Shown in pieces: positions 56,279 through 64,000 of a DNA stretch of 64,000 nucleotides. Each line of letters begins with the position of its first letter. The stretch's first letter is position 1. The DNA comes from Candidatus Aminicenantes bacterium (lineage in GTDB: Bacteria; Acidobacteriota; Aminicenantia; Aminicenantales; Aminicenantaceae), in NCBI GenBank assembly GCA_011772495.1, contig WVZL01000016.1, positions 228,499-292,498 on the forward strand. The letters run 5' to 3'. The notes beneath the pieces were generated by a model. It did no database searches, had not been told where the DNA came from, and saw nothing but the letters and a program-made list of their open reading frames with translations. A program made the translations under genes and the position numbers.

Positions 56279-56433
56279 AATAGAAATAAGCGGGGATGGT
56301 AAGAGTTGGCCACCAAGAGTGATCTAGGCTCAGGTCTTGACTTTCAACATTTTGTAACAGTGATCATTTATTTTCTTGAAAATGTTGATAAAAACTAAAC
56401 CTGACCCGGTTTTTCGCGCCAAGACAGAGGGGG

Positions 56434-56994
56434 CTATAGATGCTCGAAAAGAATGATCACTCCGATAAGAATAAGAACAACGCCTCCCAGAAGTTCTCCT
56501 CGTTTCCTTACTAAATTCCCCAGCATAGCGCCAACCTTCAGGCCGACTAGAGTAAGTGCAAAAGCTACCAGCCCTATGACTACAGCCGGATAGATGATGC
56601 CGACCCCAAGCAAAGCAATGCTCAAACCCACAGCCAGGGCGTCAATGCTCGTGGCAACAGAAAGGAGAAGAAGATACAAACCTTTGGTCGGATCAGAATC
56701 GTATTTCTTTTCCCTCTTTCCGAATCCAAAGGATTCATAAATCATTTTCCCCCCGATAAGGAGGAGCAAACCGTGGGCCACCCAATGATCGAAGGACTGG
56801 ATATATTCCTGGATCCCCTGTCCGGCAGACCAACCCAGGATGGGCATCAGGAACTGAAAAAAGCCAAAATAGAAGGCCAATCTCAGTCTTTGTGTTCTCG
56901 TCATTTTCCCTAGGGCTGTGCTTATCCCCAGAGAGACAGCAAAGGCATCCATAGCCAAGGCGAAGGCGATGCCGAGGATAAGAAAAATACTCAT
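56434..56994 (-). CDS. mntP: Manganese efflux pump MntP
   Basis: It begins MSIFLILGIAFALAMDAFAVSLG and contains SIDALAVGLS, the two DUF204 repeats. The start was chosen at MSIF because a TGTTATAAT extended -10 sits immediately upstream of the track's GTG start at 57021. Confidence 0.85.
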   Translation of the reverse strand: MSIFLILGIAFALAMDAFAVSLGISTALGKMTRTQRLRLAFYFGFFQFLMPILGWSAGQGIQEYIQSFDHWVAHGLLLLIGGKMIYESFGFGKREKKYDSDPTKGLYLLLLSVATSIDALAVGLSIALLGVGIIYPAVVIGLVAFALTLVGLKVGAMLGNLVRKRGELLGGVVLILIGVIILFEHL

Positions 56995-57109
56995 CTCAGT
57001 CTCTTTATCTTCAAATTTCACCCATTATAACAAAAGTCAAAAGAAATAAAAAAATTCGATCGAGACCCCTTTCCTACCTGACTGCAGAGACTTATAATAG
57101 AGAGTCAAG

Positions 57110-59812
57110 ATGGAAGAGAAGATTAAACTCAGAGGAGTCAGGGTCCACAACCTGAAAAACATCAACCTTGATATTCCCCTGAACAAACTCATCATCGTCT
57201 CTGGAGTGAGCGGCTCAGGAAAATCCTCGCTGGCTTTTGATACCCTGTATGCTGAAGGACAGCGCCGCTATATCGAATCTCTTTCTGCCTATGCCCGCCA
57301 ATTCCTGGAAAGAATGGACAAGCCGGACGCCGAGCTTATCGAAGGAATAACCCCGGCCATTGCTATTCAGCAGAAGGCTGTCACCAAGAATCCGCGTTCC
57401 ACAGTGGCGACTGTCACCGAAATCTATGATTTCCTGAGGGTGCTCTATGCGCGGATCGGGACCATCCACTGTCTGAAGTGCGGCCAACCTGTCATTCGGG
57501 ATACCATAGACTCTATGGTTGATACCCTTTACCAGCTTCCTCCTCAAACTAAGATCCGGGTCTCTTTCTCCTGGCCAAAGGGAAAAGGAGTCGCTTCTCT
57601 GAAAAAAGACGGATTTTTCCGTATCATCCAGGAAAATAAAATCGTTGAACTTGACAAAACCAGGCTCAAGAAGTCACAAGACATCGATGTCCTGGTGGAC
57701 AGGATGTCTCTCGATCGAGAAGAGAGAGAAAGGCTGGTCGATTCGCTGGAAATGGCCCTGAAGAAAGGAAAGGGGAAAGCTAAAGTCCGAACAGACAAAG
57801 ACGAAGAGTTCATTTTCTCCGATAAGCTGGAGTGTAAAAAATGCCAAATCATCTACGAGGAGCCTTATCCGAATCTCTTTTCCTTCAACAGCCCTCAGGG
57901 AGCCTGCCCCAACTGCCACGGATTCGGCGACTTGGCTGTTCTCGATGAGGCCAAGATTATTCCCGACCGGAATAAGTCTTTGGAAGAAGGGGCGGTGGAG
58001 CCCTGGACCAAGCCTGCCTCCCAAGAGGCCATGGAAGAACTGCTCTTCGAGGCCAGGAAGAGAGGAATTCCCACTGATATACCCTTCAAGGATCTAAAAA
58101 AAGAATGGCAAGAGCTTATTCTAGAAGGCGGAGATGGCTATTACGGTGTGAAAGGCTTTTTTGATTGGCTCCAGACCAAAAAATACAAAGTCCAGGTTAG
58201 AGTATTCCTCAGCCGCTACCGAAAATACGTTCCCTGTCCTGCCTGTCAACAAATGCGCCTGAATCCCAGAGCTTTGAGTGTAAAGGTCGAAGGGCTTTCT
58301 ATCGGTGAGGTTGTCCGAAAGACTGTCGAAGAAGCCCATGAATTCTTCGGTACCCTCGAGTTGTCTCCATTCCAGAAACAGGTGGCTGAAAAATTGAATC
58401 ATGAAATCCGAACCAGGCTCAAATTCTTGCTGGAAGTCGGCCTGGATTACCTCACTCTTGACCGGATGACTTTTACCTTGAGCGGCGGCGAAGCTCAGAG
58501 GATAAACCTGGCTGCAGCTCTCAGTGCCTCTTTGGTGGGAACTCTCTTTGTTCTTGATGAACCGAGTATCGGTCTCCATGCCCGTGATAACCGTCGCTTG
58601 ATCGACATCCTTAAATCCCTGAAAGACATGGGAAACACTGTTTTAGTCGTCGAACACGATCCCGAGATCATCAATTCTGCCGAGTATTTAATCGACCTGG
58701 GACCAGGAGCTGGCGAAAGAGGAGGAAAGGTCGTTTTTAGAGGAAGCAGGAGCGAATTCCTGAAGAGCAAGAATTCCCTCACAGCCCGATACATGAGGAA
58801 AGAGAAGGAAATAACAATTCCCAGGAGAAGACGTGTTAAGAATTTTATTACGATCACTGACGTTCATAAGCACAACCTAAAGCACCTGAAGACCAAAATT
58901 CCTCTGAATGCCTTCACCTGCATCACTGGAGTCTCAGGATCGGGAAAGAGCACTTTGCTCTATGATGTCCTCTACAAAGGATGGATCGGCGAAGCCTCGG
59001 ATGGATTCGGAGAAATAAGGGGGAAAGAAAAGTTAAGTAAGATCATCATGGTCGACCAGTCTCCGTTAAGCACTTCGCCCCGTTCTATTCCTGCCACTTA
59101 CACCAAGGCCATGGACAGCATAAGAGACCTCTTCAGCAAGACCAGAGAAGCCCAAGCCCTGAAATATAAGCCTGGCTTTTTTTCTTTTAACATCACAGGA
59201 GGAAGATGTGAGGAGTGCAAGGGAGCTGGCCAGCAGATTATCGAGATGCAGTTTCTCTCTGATGTGATCCTCACCTGCGAGGCCTGCAAGGGCAAAAGAT
59301 TCAAGAAGGAAATCCTGGAAGTCAAATACAAAGGAAAAAATATTGACCGGGTACTCCAGATGAGCATTTCAGAAGCCGGTGAGTTTTTCGCAGATAGACC
59401 GGATATCACCAAAAAATTGGCCCCTCTTAAAGATGTAGGATTGGGATACCTGAAGCTGGGCCAACCGACGACAACGCTCTCTGGAGGGGAATCACAGAGG
59501 ATAAAACTCGCCTACCACCTCATTCATCAAAAAGGGAAAAAAATCCTGTATCTCTTTGACGAGCCTACGGTCGGCCTTCATCTGGATGATGTCTCCATGC
59601 TCCTCGACTGCTTTCAGCAGCTGGTGGAGGAGGGCCACACGGTGGCGGTCATCGAACACAACCTGGATGTGATCAAATGCGCAGATCATGTCATCGATTT
59701 AGGGCTCGAGGGAGGAGAGAAGGGAGGAGAGATTGTGGCCGAAGGCCCTCCAGAAGAGATTATTAGATCCCGAAAATCCCACACCGCCCGCTACCTGAAG
59801 AAATACCTCTAA
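57110..59812 (+). CDS. uvrA: Excinuclease ABC subunit A family protein (UvrA or UvrA paralog)
   Basis: It has two ABC modules ([17 protein letters not shown] and [17 protein letters not shown]) and zinc modules (CKKC...[12 protein letters not shown]...CEAC). It also contains [27 protein letters not shown]. At 900 aa it is slightly shorter than the canonical ~940 aa. Confidence 0.8.
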   Translation: MEEKIKLRGVRVHNLKNINLDIPLNKLIIVSGVSGSGKSSLAFDTLYAEGQRRYIESLSAYARQFLERMDKPDAELIEGITPAIAIQQKAVTKNPRSTVATVTEIYDFLRVLYARIGTIHCLKCGQPVIRDTIDSMVDTLYQLPPQTKIRVSFSWPKGKGVASLKKDGFFRIIQENKIVELDKTRLKKSQDIDVLVDRMSLDREERERLVDSLEMALKKGKGKAKVRTDKDEEFIFSDKLECKKCQIIYEEPYPNLFSFNSPQGACPNCHGFGDLAVLDEAKIIPDRNKSLEEGAVEPWTKPASQEAMEELLFEARKRGIPTDIPFKDLKKEWQELILEGGDGYYGVKGFFDWLQTKKYKVQVRVFLSRYRKYVPCPACQQMRLNPRALSVKVEGLSIGEVVRKTVEEAHEFFGTLELSPFQKQVAEKLNHEIRTRLKFLLEVGLDYLTLDRMTFTLSGGEAQRINLAAALSASLVGTLFVLDEPSIGLHARDNRRLIDILKSLKDMGNTVLVVEHDPEIINSAEYLIDLGPGAGERGGKVVFRGSRSEFLKSKNSLTARYMRKEKEITIPRRRRVKNFITITDVHKHNLKHLKTKIPLNAFTCITGVSGSGKSTLLYDVLYKGWIGEASDGFGEIRGKEKLSKIIMVDQSPLSTSPRSIPATYTKAMDSIRDLFSKTREAQALKYKPGFFSFNITGGRCEECKGAGQQIIEMQFLSDVILTCEACKGKRFKKEILEVKYKGKNIDRVLQMSISEAGEFFADRPDITKKLAPLKDVGLGYLKLGQPTTTLSGGESQRIKLAYHLIHQKGKKILYLFDEPTVGLHLDDVSMLLDCFQQLVEEGHTVAVIEHNLDVIKCADHVIDLGLEGGEKGGEIVAEGPPEEIIRSRKSHTARYLKKYL

Positions 59813-59847
59813 AGACAGAAATTTATTCTAAATCTGATCTCCTCTTT

Positions 59848-61083
59848 TTATTTCAGCTTGAAGGATACCGTTACGGTAAAGATGATAGGTACAGGACTGC
59901 CTTTTTTTAACATAGGTTCATATTTCCATTGCTTCACAGCTTCGATAGCAGCATGACTTAGTAGAACATGCGGGCTCTCTAAGACCCTGATTTTTTCGAC
60001 GCCACCCTCTTTATCAGTCCTGACTTTGAGAATGACTGCACCTTCGATTCCTTCTTTCCTGGCCTCATCTGGATAAATAGGATTGATTTTTTTAACCAAC
60101 TTGGGCGGCTTGACATCGCCTTCTGCTATCACTGCCCCTTCCTCGAACCCAGCGATTTCTTCTTCCTTCTCCTTTTCTTCATCTTCCAACTTAAAGGATA
60201 TGGTCACAGTAAAAATGATAGGCATGGGCTTGTCCTTGATGTACATAGGCTGATATTTCCACTGTTTCACAGCCTCGACAGAAGCTTTGCTCAGCAATTC
60301 ATGGGGACTTTTTACGATTTTGATTTGCTCGATATATCCCTCTTTATCTGCCCTGACACTGAGAAGAACAACCCCTGAAATTCCTTCCTCCCGGGCCTCT
60401 TCTGGATAAACAGGATCAACTTTCTTTAGTAGCTTGGGTGGCTTGACATCTCCTACTGCTCTCACTGCCCCTTCCTCAAACTCAGCGATTTCCTTTTTTA
60501 TCTTCTTTCTCGCCGGCGGAGGAGGAGGGGGTGGTGGAAGGACTTTATCCTTCGGTCCCGTGATATGAAAAGACAGAAAATAAGGCTTTCCCTTCCTATC
60601 CTCAAACCCGAAGACCGCAATGTTTCCTCCTAATAAAATCATTTCTGTCGTCAGCACATTCTCTGGCTTGTCGTTGATATGCTCATTGACCAGGATGAGG
60701 AAATCACCTTTGTTTTTCCAGCCAAGGAGCATGATATGAACTTTGTATTCATTGCCGTTCAATCGAAAGAAATGGCTCACCGAGCTTTTTTCTTTAGTAC
60801 CAAATTTCAAATCAGCTTCAGTCAACAGATTCACGCTCTTTAGATTAAAGACTCTCTGGATGTGCCCTTTTTCTTTTTCTAGTCCAAAGTCGATCTGTAT
60901 ACTGGCTGTCAGGGTGGGCCGCAGATAGGAAGACGTCACGAACCGGGGCGGCTCGGTCATTCCTTCCTTTATCCCTTCAAAAACTCTCAGCTTGATATCC
61001 AGGAAGCTGTCTGATGCCTGAAGCGAAAGAGCAGAAAAACCCAGTAAAATAATCAAAGTCCATACGAATTTTTTCTTGCTCAT
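59848..61083 (-). CDS. Secreted/anchored TonB-family protein with two tandem TonB C-terminal domains
   Basis: It has an N-terminal signal or anchor and a PPPPPPPPA linker. Two ~100-aa repeats follow, each containing GDVKPPKL.KK..P.YP.EAR.EGI.G.V.L.V..DKEG.....I..SPH.LLS.A..EAVKQWKY.PM. Confidence 0.75.
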   Translation of the reverse strand: MSKKKFVWTLIILLGFSALSLQASDSFLDIKLRVFEGIKEGMTEPPRFVTSSYLRPTLTASIQIDFGLEKEKGHIQRVFNLKSVNLLTEADLKFGTKEKSSVSHFFRLNGNEYKVHIMLLGWKNKGDFLILVNEHINDKPENVLTTEMILLGGNIAVFGFEDRKGKPYFLSFHITGPKDKVLPPPPPPPPARKKIKKEIAEFEEGAVRAVGDVKPPKLLKKVDPVYPEEAREEGISGVVLLSVRADKEGYIEQIKIVKSPHELLSKASVEAVKQWKYQPMYIKDKPMPIIFTVTISFKLEDEEKEKEEEIAGFEEGAVIAEGDVKPPKLVKKINPIYPDEARKEGIEGAVILKVRTDKEGGVEKIRVLESPHVLLSHAAIEAVKQWKYEPMLKKGSPVPIIFTVTVSFKLK

Positions 61084-61094
61084 TATGACCTCCT

Positions 61095-61553
61095 TTAAAT
61101 ATTTTCTTCAGCCCAGATGATGATCATGTTTGAATCCTGGGGTTGGAAAAGATAGGCCCGGGCTGGCTTGTCATGAACCCGAATGTATTTAATCTGGAAA
61201 GGACTACCCGGTTCCTCTGAAGGCTTGCCTAGACGGGCAGACCAAAACAGCCATACTCCGAGGATTATGGCTACGAGCAAGCCAGCAGCTCCAACAGCCC
61301 ATCCCCAACGAGGTAGGCGGAAATATTTCTCTTTTCTTTCTTCCTCAGCCAGCTGGACTTTGACTTTGGGCCACAGACCTTCGAGATCTCCGACTTCTCC
61401 TTCCTGTATCAATAGAGACTTGGCTTCTTCAAGGCTGGCCAGATTCTCCTGACAGCAGGAGCAGTCTTGGATGTGCTTCCGCAGGAGGAAATCCTGCCAT
61501 ATCTTCAGAGGAAAGATAGAAAAGAGAAAATTAACCATTCGACAACGAAACAT
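61095..61553 (-). CDS. Anti-sigma factor (zf-HC2-like) with a single TM segment
   Basis: It contains HIQDCSCCQENLASLEE near the N-terminus and a central TM segment (WAVGAAGLLVAIILGVWLFW). It overlaps the upstream ECF sigma gene by 23 nt. Confidence 0.65.
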   Translation of the reverse strand: MFRCRMVNFLFSIFPLKIWQDFLLRKHIQDCSCCQENLASLEEAKSLLIQEGEVGDLEGLWPKVKVQLAEEERKEKYFRLPRWGWAVGAAGLLVAIILGVWLFWSARLGKPSEEPGSPFQIKYIRVHDKPARAYLFQPQDSNMIIIWAEENI

Positions 61554-62079
61554 GTTCTTTCTCCAATTTATATTTGATTTTTTTTCGGGCTTTATAGAGC
61601 AAGACTCGAGCTGTGCTGGGAGAACACTTCATGACACGCCCTATCTCCACGCTCGAATACCCTTCGCTGGCCCAGAGACAGAGCACGACTCTCTCTTTAG
61701 GGCTCAAACCTTGCAGAATATTCTTGCCTAAAGGCTGGCTTTCAGAACTCAAAGAAGACTGAACACTACTCTTATTGGAATATTCTGCTTTCATCTTTTT
61801 AAAAAAACTAAAAAACCGTCGCCTCTTCCTCAAGACGTCTAAACACCTATTGGAGAGAATCGTGTAGAACCAGTTCCTGAAAGAACTCTGAAGATCGAAC
61901 TTATTGAGATTGAAATAGACTCGGATAAATGTCTCTTGACAGGCATCCTCAGCATCTTCGCGGTTACCCAGCATATTCAAGGCCAGGGCCATGGCTCTGG
62001 TTTTGTATCTATCCACCATTTCTTTAAAGGCCTCCACCTCTCCATCTAGACAGCTTGAAATCAGCTGTTGGTCGCTCAT
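61531..62079 (-). CDS. ECF-type RNA polymerase sigma-70 factor
   Basis: The region 2 part reads YKTRAMALALNMLGNREDAEDACQETFIRVY. The region 4 HTH part reads LSPKERVVLCLWASEGYSSVEIGRVMKCSPSTARVLLYKARKKI. Confidence 0.85.
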   Translation of the reverse strand: MSDQQLISSCLDGEVEAFKEMVDRYKTRAMALALNMLGNREDAEDACQETFIRVYFNLNKFDLQSSFRNWFYTILSNRCLDVLRKRRRFFSFFKKMKAEYSNKSSVQSSLSSESQPLGKNILQGLSPKERVVLCLWASEGYSSVEIGRVMKCSPSTARVLLYKARKKIKYKLEKEHVSLSNG

Positions 62080-62173
62080 GCTACTATTTTATAATTTATT
62101 ACGCCTCAGCATCAAAAAGAGTTTATGTTTCTGGAATTGACATCTCATATCCCCAGTGCTATATCTTACACCG

Positions 62174-63049
62174 ATGATCCTCCCTGAAATAGAATACCAT
62201 GCTCCCCGAACCCTGGCTGAAGCACTAAAACTCCTCGTCAAGCTCAAGGAGGCTCGTATCATGGCGGGCGGCACTGACCTCTTGGTGGAGCTGAAACAGG
62301 GCCTCGTCGAGGCCGAAGCCCTCATCTCTCTCCAAAATATTAAAGAGCTCAAGAAGATCGAAAAAAAAGACCAAAGCCTTCGCCTCGGAGCCATGGTAAC
62401 ACCCCAAGAAATCATCTCCCATCCCTTGATAAAACAACACTTTCCAGCCCTGGTTGAGGCAGCAAAGTCCATGGCTTCCCCTCAGGTTCGCTCCCTGGCT
62501 ACTATCGGTGGAAACATTGCCAGCGCAGTGCCTTCAGCAGACCTACCTCCGACTCTAATCGCCGCTGAAGCCAGCCTCGAGCTTCAGTGTACAGAATCCT
62601 TTCGAGAAGTTAATCTGCTGGAATTCTTTACCGGTCCCAGACTGACAATTTGCCGGGATGAAGAATTGCTGATTTCCATCCTTATTCCGGTGCCTCCCCC
62701 TAAAACAGGAATTTCCTTCCTGAAATTTTCCCTCCGGGAGGCTAATGCTCTGGCTGTTGCTTCAGTTGCCTCCAGGATTACTCTTGAAAATGAGGTCATA
62801 TCCCAGGCCTCCGTAGTTCTCGGGGCTGTGGCTCCCTCTCCTTTGTTAGCCTTAAAGGCATCCGAGCTCCTGGAGGGCAAGAAACCATCGCCAAGCCTTT
62901 TCGAAAAAGCTGCTTCCATAGCTAAAGATGAAGCCAGTCCAATCTCGGATATCAGGAGTTCCATCTGGTACAGGAAGGAATTGATACAGGTCTTGACCAG
63001 AAGAAGCCTGGCAGAATCTCTAAAAAGGGCCCAGAAGAATCCAGGTTAA
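62174..63049 (+). CDS. Xanthine dehydrogenase/CO dehydrogenase family FAD-binding (medium) subunit
   Basis: It begins MILPEIEYHAPRTLAEALKLL and contains IMAGGTDLLVELK, TIGGNIASAVPSADL and SDIRSSIWYRKEL. The start was chosen at the ATG; the track starts at a GTG 18 nt upstream. Confidence 0.85.
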   Translation: MILPEIEYHAPRTLAEALKLLVKLKEARIMAGGTDLLVELKQGLVEAEALISLQNIKELKKIEKKDQSLRLGAMVTPQEIISHPLIKQHFPALVEAAKSMASPQVRSLATIGGNIASAVPSADLPPTLIAAEASLELQCTESFREVNLLEFFTGPRLTICRDEELLISILIPVPPPKTGISFLKFSLREANALAVASVASRITLENEVISQASVVLGAVAPSPLLALKASELLEGKKPSPSLFEKAASIAKDEASPISDIRSSIWYRKELIQVLTRRSLAESLKRAQKNPG

Positions 63050-63058
63050 GTTAATCAT

Positions 63059-64000
63059 ATGGAAGAAATAAAAAAACAGCACCGCCTCCTTCTCCTGAAG
63101 GTTAACGGCGAAGACCATTCAGTGGCTGTCCAGGGTGGAGAGACTCTTCTCGATGTCGTCAGAGATAAGTTAAGATTGACTGGAACCAAAAAAGGCTGCA
63201 ACCTCGGAGTCTGCGGCGCCTGTACTGTTCTCCTTAACGGAGAGCCCAAGAACAGCTGCCTCCTTCTCGCTGCCGAGTGTGAAGGTGCGGAAATCACCAC
63301 TATCGAAGGCATTGCTCAGGAAGGTCAGCTCCATCCTCTGCAGCGAGCCTTCATCAACCAGGGAGCCATCCAATGCGGTTTCTGTACCCCGGGAATGGTC
63401 CTCTCCGCCCTAGCCTTGATAGAGGATAATCCGAATCCCTCAGAGGAAGAAATAAAAGAAGCTCTTTCAGGGAATCTATGCCGCTGTACAGGCTATACAG
63501 GTATCATTAGAGCTGTAAAGGAATGGAGAAAATATCTGAAAACAGAGGAACCTCCTTCTCCTTCCTATGATCTTGATAAGTTCAAGACAGTGGGCAAAAG
63601 CCTGCCCCGGGTAGATGCAGCTTCGAAAGTCACGGGCCAGGCCAAGTTCACCGCCGACTACTATATCGAGAACATGCTTTTCGGAAAAATCCTCCATTCT
63701 CCGATCCCCCACGGCCGGATTAAGTCGATCGATGCCAAAAAGGCTTTATCTCTTCCTGGAGTCAAGCTCATTCTGACCGGCCAAGACGTGCCTGAAATAA
63801 CCTACGGGGTTTCCCCGGCCCGTTACGACGAACACGTCCTGGCCAAGGAGGTGGTCCGCTATGTCGGCGACGAAGTGGCAGCTGTCATTGCTGTGGATGA
63901 GGAGACAGCCGAGAAGGCGCTGGATCTTATTCAAGTCGAGTACGAAGAGCTTCCGAGCGTGTTTAGCCCGATGGAAGCCCTCCAGGAAGGCGCTCCTCAG
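63059..64000 (+). CDS. Fused [2Fe-2S] small subunit and molybdopterin-binding large subunit of a xanthine dehydrogenase family enzyme; partial, runs off the window
   Basis: I translated this by hand; it has no stop within the window, so it is absent from the track. It contains GCNLGVCGACTV, QCGFCTPGM and CRCTGY. It continues without a stop into KTVGKSLPRVDAASKVTGQAKFTADY...VRYVGDEVAAVIA, the N-terminus of the large subunit. Confidence 0.85.
   Translation, partial: MEEIKKQHRLLLLKVNGEDHSVAVQGGETLLDVVRDKLRLTGTKKGCNLGVCGACTVLLNGEPKNSCLLLAAECEGAEITTIEGIAQEGQLHPLQRAFINQGAIQCGFCTPGMVLSALALIEDNPNPSEEEIKEALSGNLCRCTGYTGIIRAVKEWRKYLKTEEPPSPSYDLDKFKTVGKSLPRVDAASKVTGQAKFTADYYIENMLFGKILHSPIPHGRIKSIDAKKALSLPGVKLILTGQDVPEITYGVSPARYDEHVLAKEVVRYVGDEVAAVIAVDEETAEKALDLIQVEYEELPSVFSPMEALQEGAPQ

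Noticed and set aside
57000-57109. A yybP-ykoY (Mn2+) riboswitch upstream of mntP
   Set aside because: Only about 90-115 nt are available between mntP and the divergent uvrA-like gene. I could not find the conserved yybP-ykoY core elements, only a GGAAAGGGG stretch and an extended -10 promoter.
1-64000. CRISPR arrays, tRNA/rRNA genes, transposases, integrases or prophage modules
   Set aside because: I found no spaced direct-repeat arrays, no cloverleaf-compatible conserved tRNA elements in the intergenic regions, and no ORF with transposase, integrase or phage signature motifs.

Overview
This 64 kb window looks like a chromosomal segment from a diderm (outer-membrane-bearing) bacterium. The evidence for a diderm is two TonB-dependent receptors, a TonB-like protein, a Wza/Wzc export pair and GT9 glycosyltransferases. 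I saw no rRNA, tRNA, CRISPR array, transposase or integrase. The window reads in six parts. (1) 0.3-7.8 kb holds a prepilin-like gene co-oriented with a membrane-anchored sulfatase-family enzyme and two GT-C type membrane glycosyltransferases. These converge on a DUF362 gene and a decaprenyl-phosphate phosphoribosyltransferase-like UbiA enzyme. (2) 7.9-17.7 kb is housekeeping: an EamA transporter, queF, a radical SAM protein, ilvE, trmO and an M16 peptidase pair. (3) 17.7-23.5 kb is the most interesting locus. It is a tightly packed minus-strand operon encoding a PqqD-family protein, a radical SAM/SPASM enzyme, a three-part protein (Cys-rich region, methyltransferase, HPr-kinase-like domain), an S24/S26 peptidase-GNAT fusion and an NTP_transf_5 nucleotidyltransferase. 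A 52-aa ORF that is absent from the supplied track (21920-22078) overlaps the 3' end of the rSAM gene. It has a consensus Shine-Dalgarno sequence, a YxxPxI leader motif, three Cys and a C-terminal Ser, so I read it as a RiPP precursor. The locus combines an rSAM/SPASM-PqqD core with the kinase and nucleotidyltransferase tailoring set known from some lasso peptide clusters, yet the window has no lasso cyclase or protease. (4) 25.9-48.3 kb holds an ExeA-like ATPase and an HD-GYP gene, followed by a roughly 20 kb Wzx/Wzy/Wzc/Wza-type polysaccharide locus that is unusually rich in SAM methyltransferases and has an A/T-rich core. (5) 48.8-56.3 kb holds a B3/4-domain protein, a group II PLP decarboxylase and a 1.2 kb ORF-free, hairpin-rich spacer. 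A cobalamin riboswitch with terminator follows, ahead of two tandem TonB-dependent receptors. (6) 56.4-64 kb holds mntP, a uvrA-family gene, an ECF sigma/anti-sigma/double-TonB-C operon, and a xanthine-dehydrogenase-family enzyme (FAD subunit plus a fused 2Fe-2S/Mo subunit that runs off the window). All functional calls rest on motif recognition by eye in the supplied translations. No database search was run.
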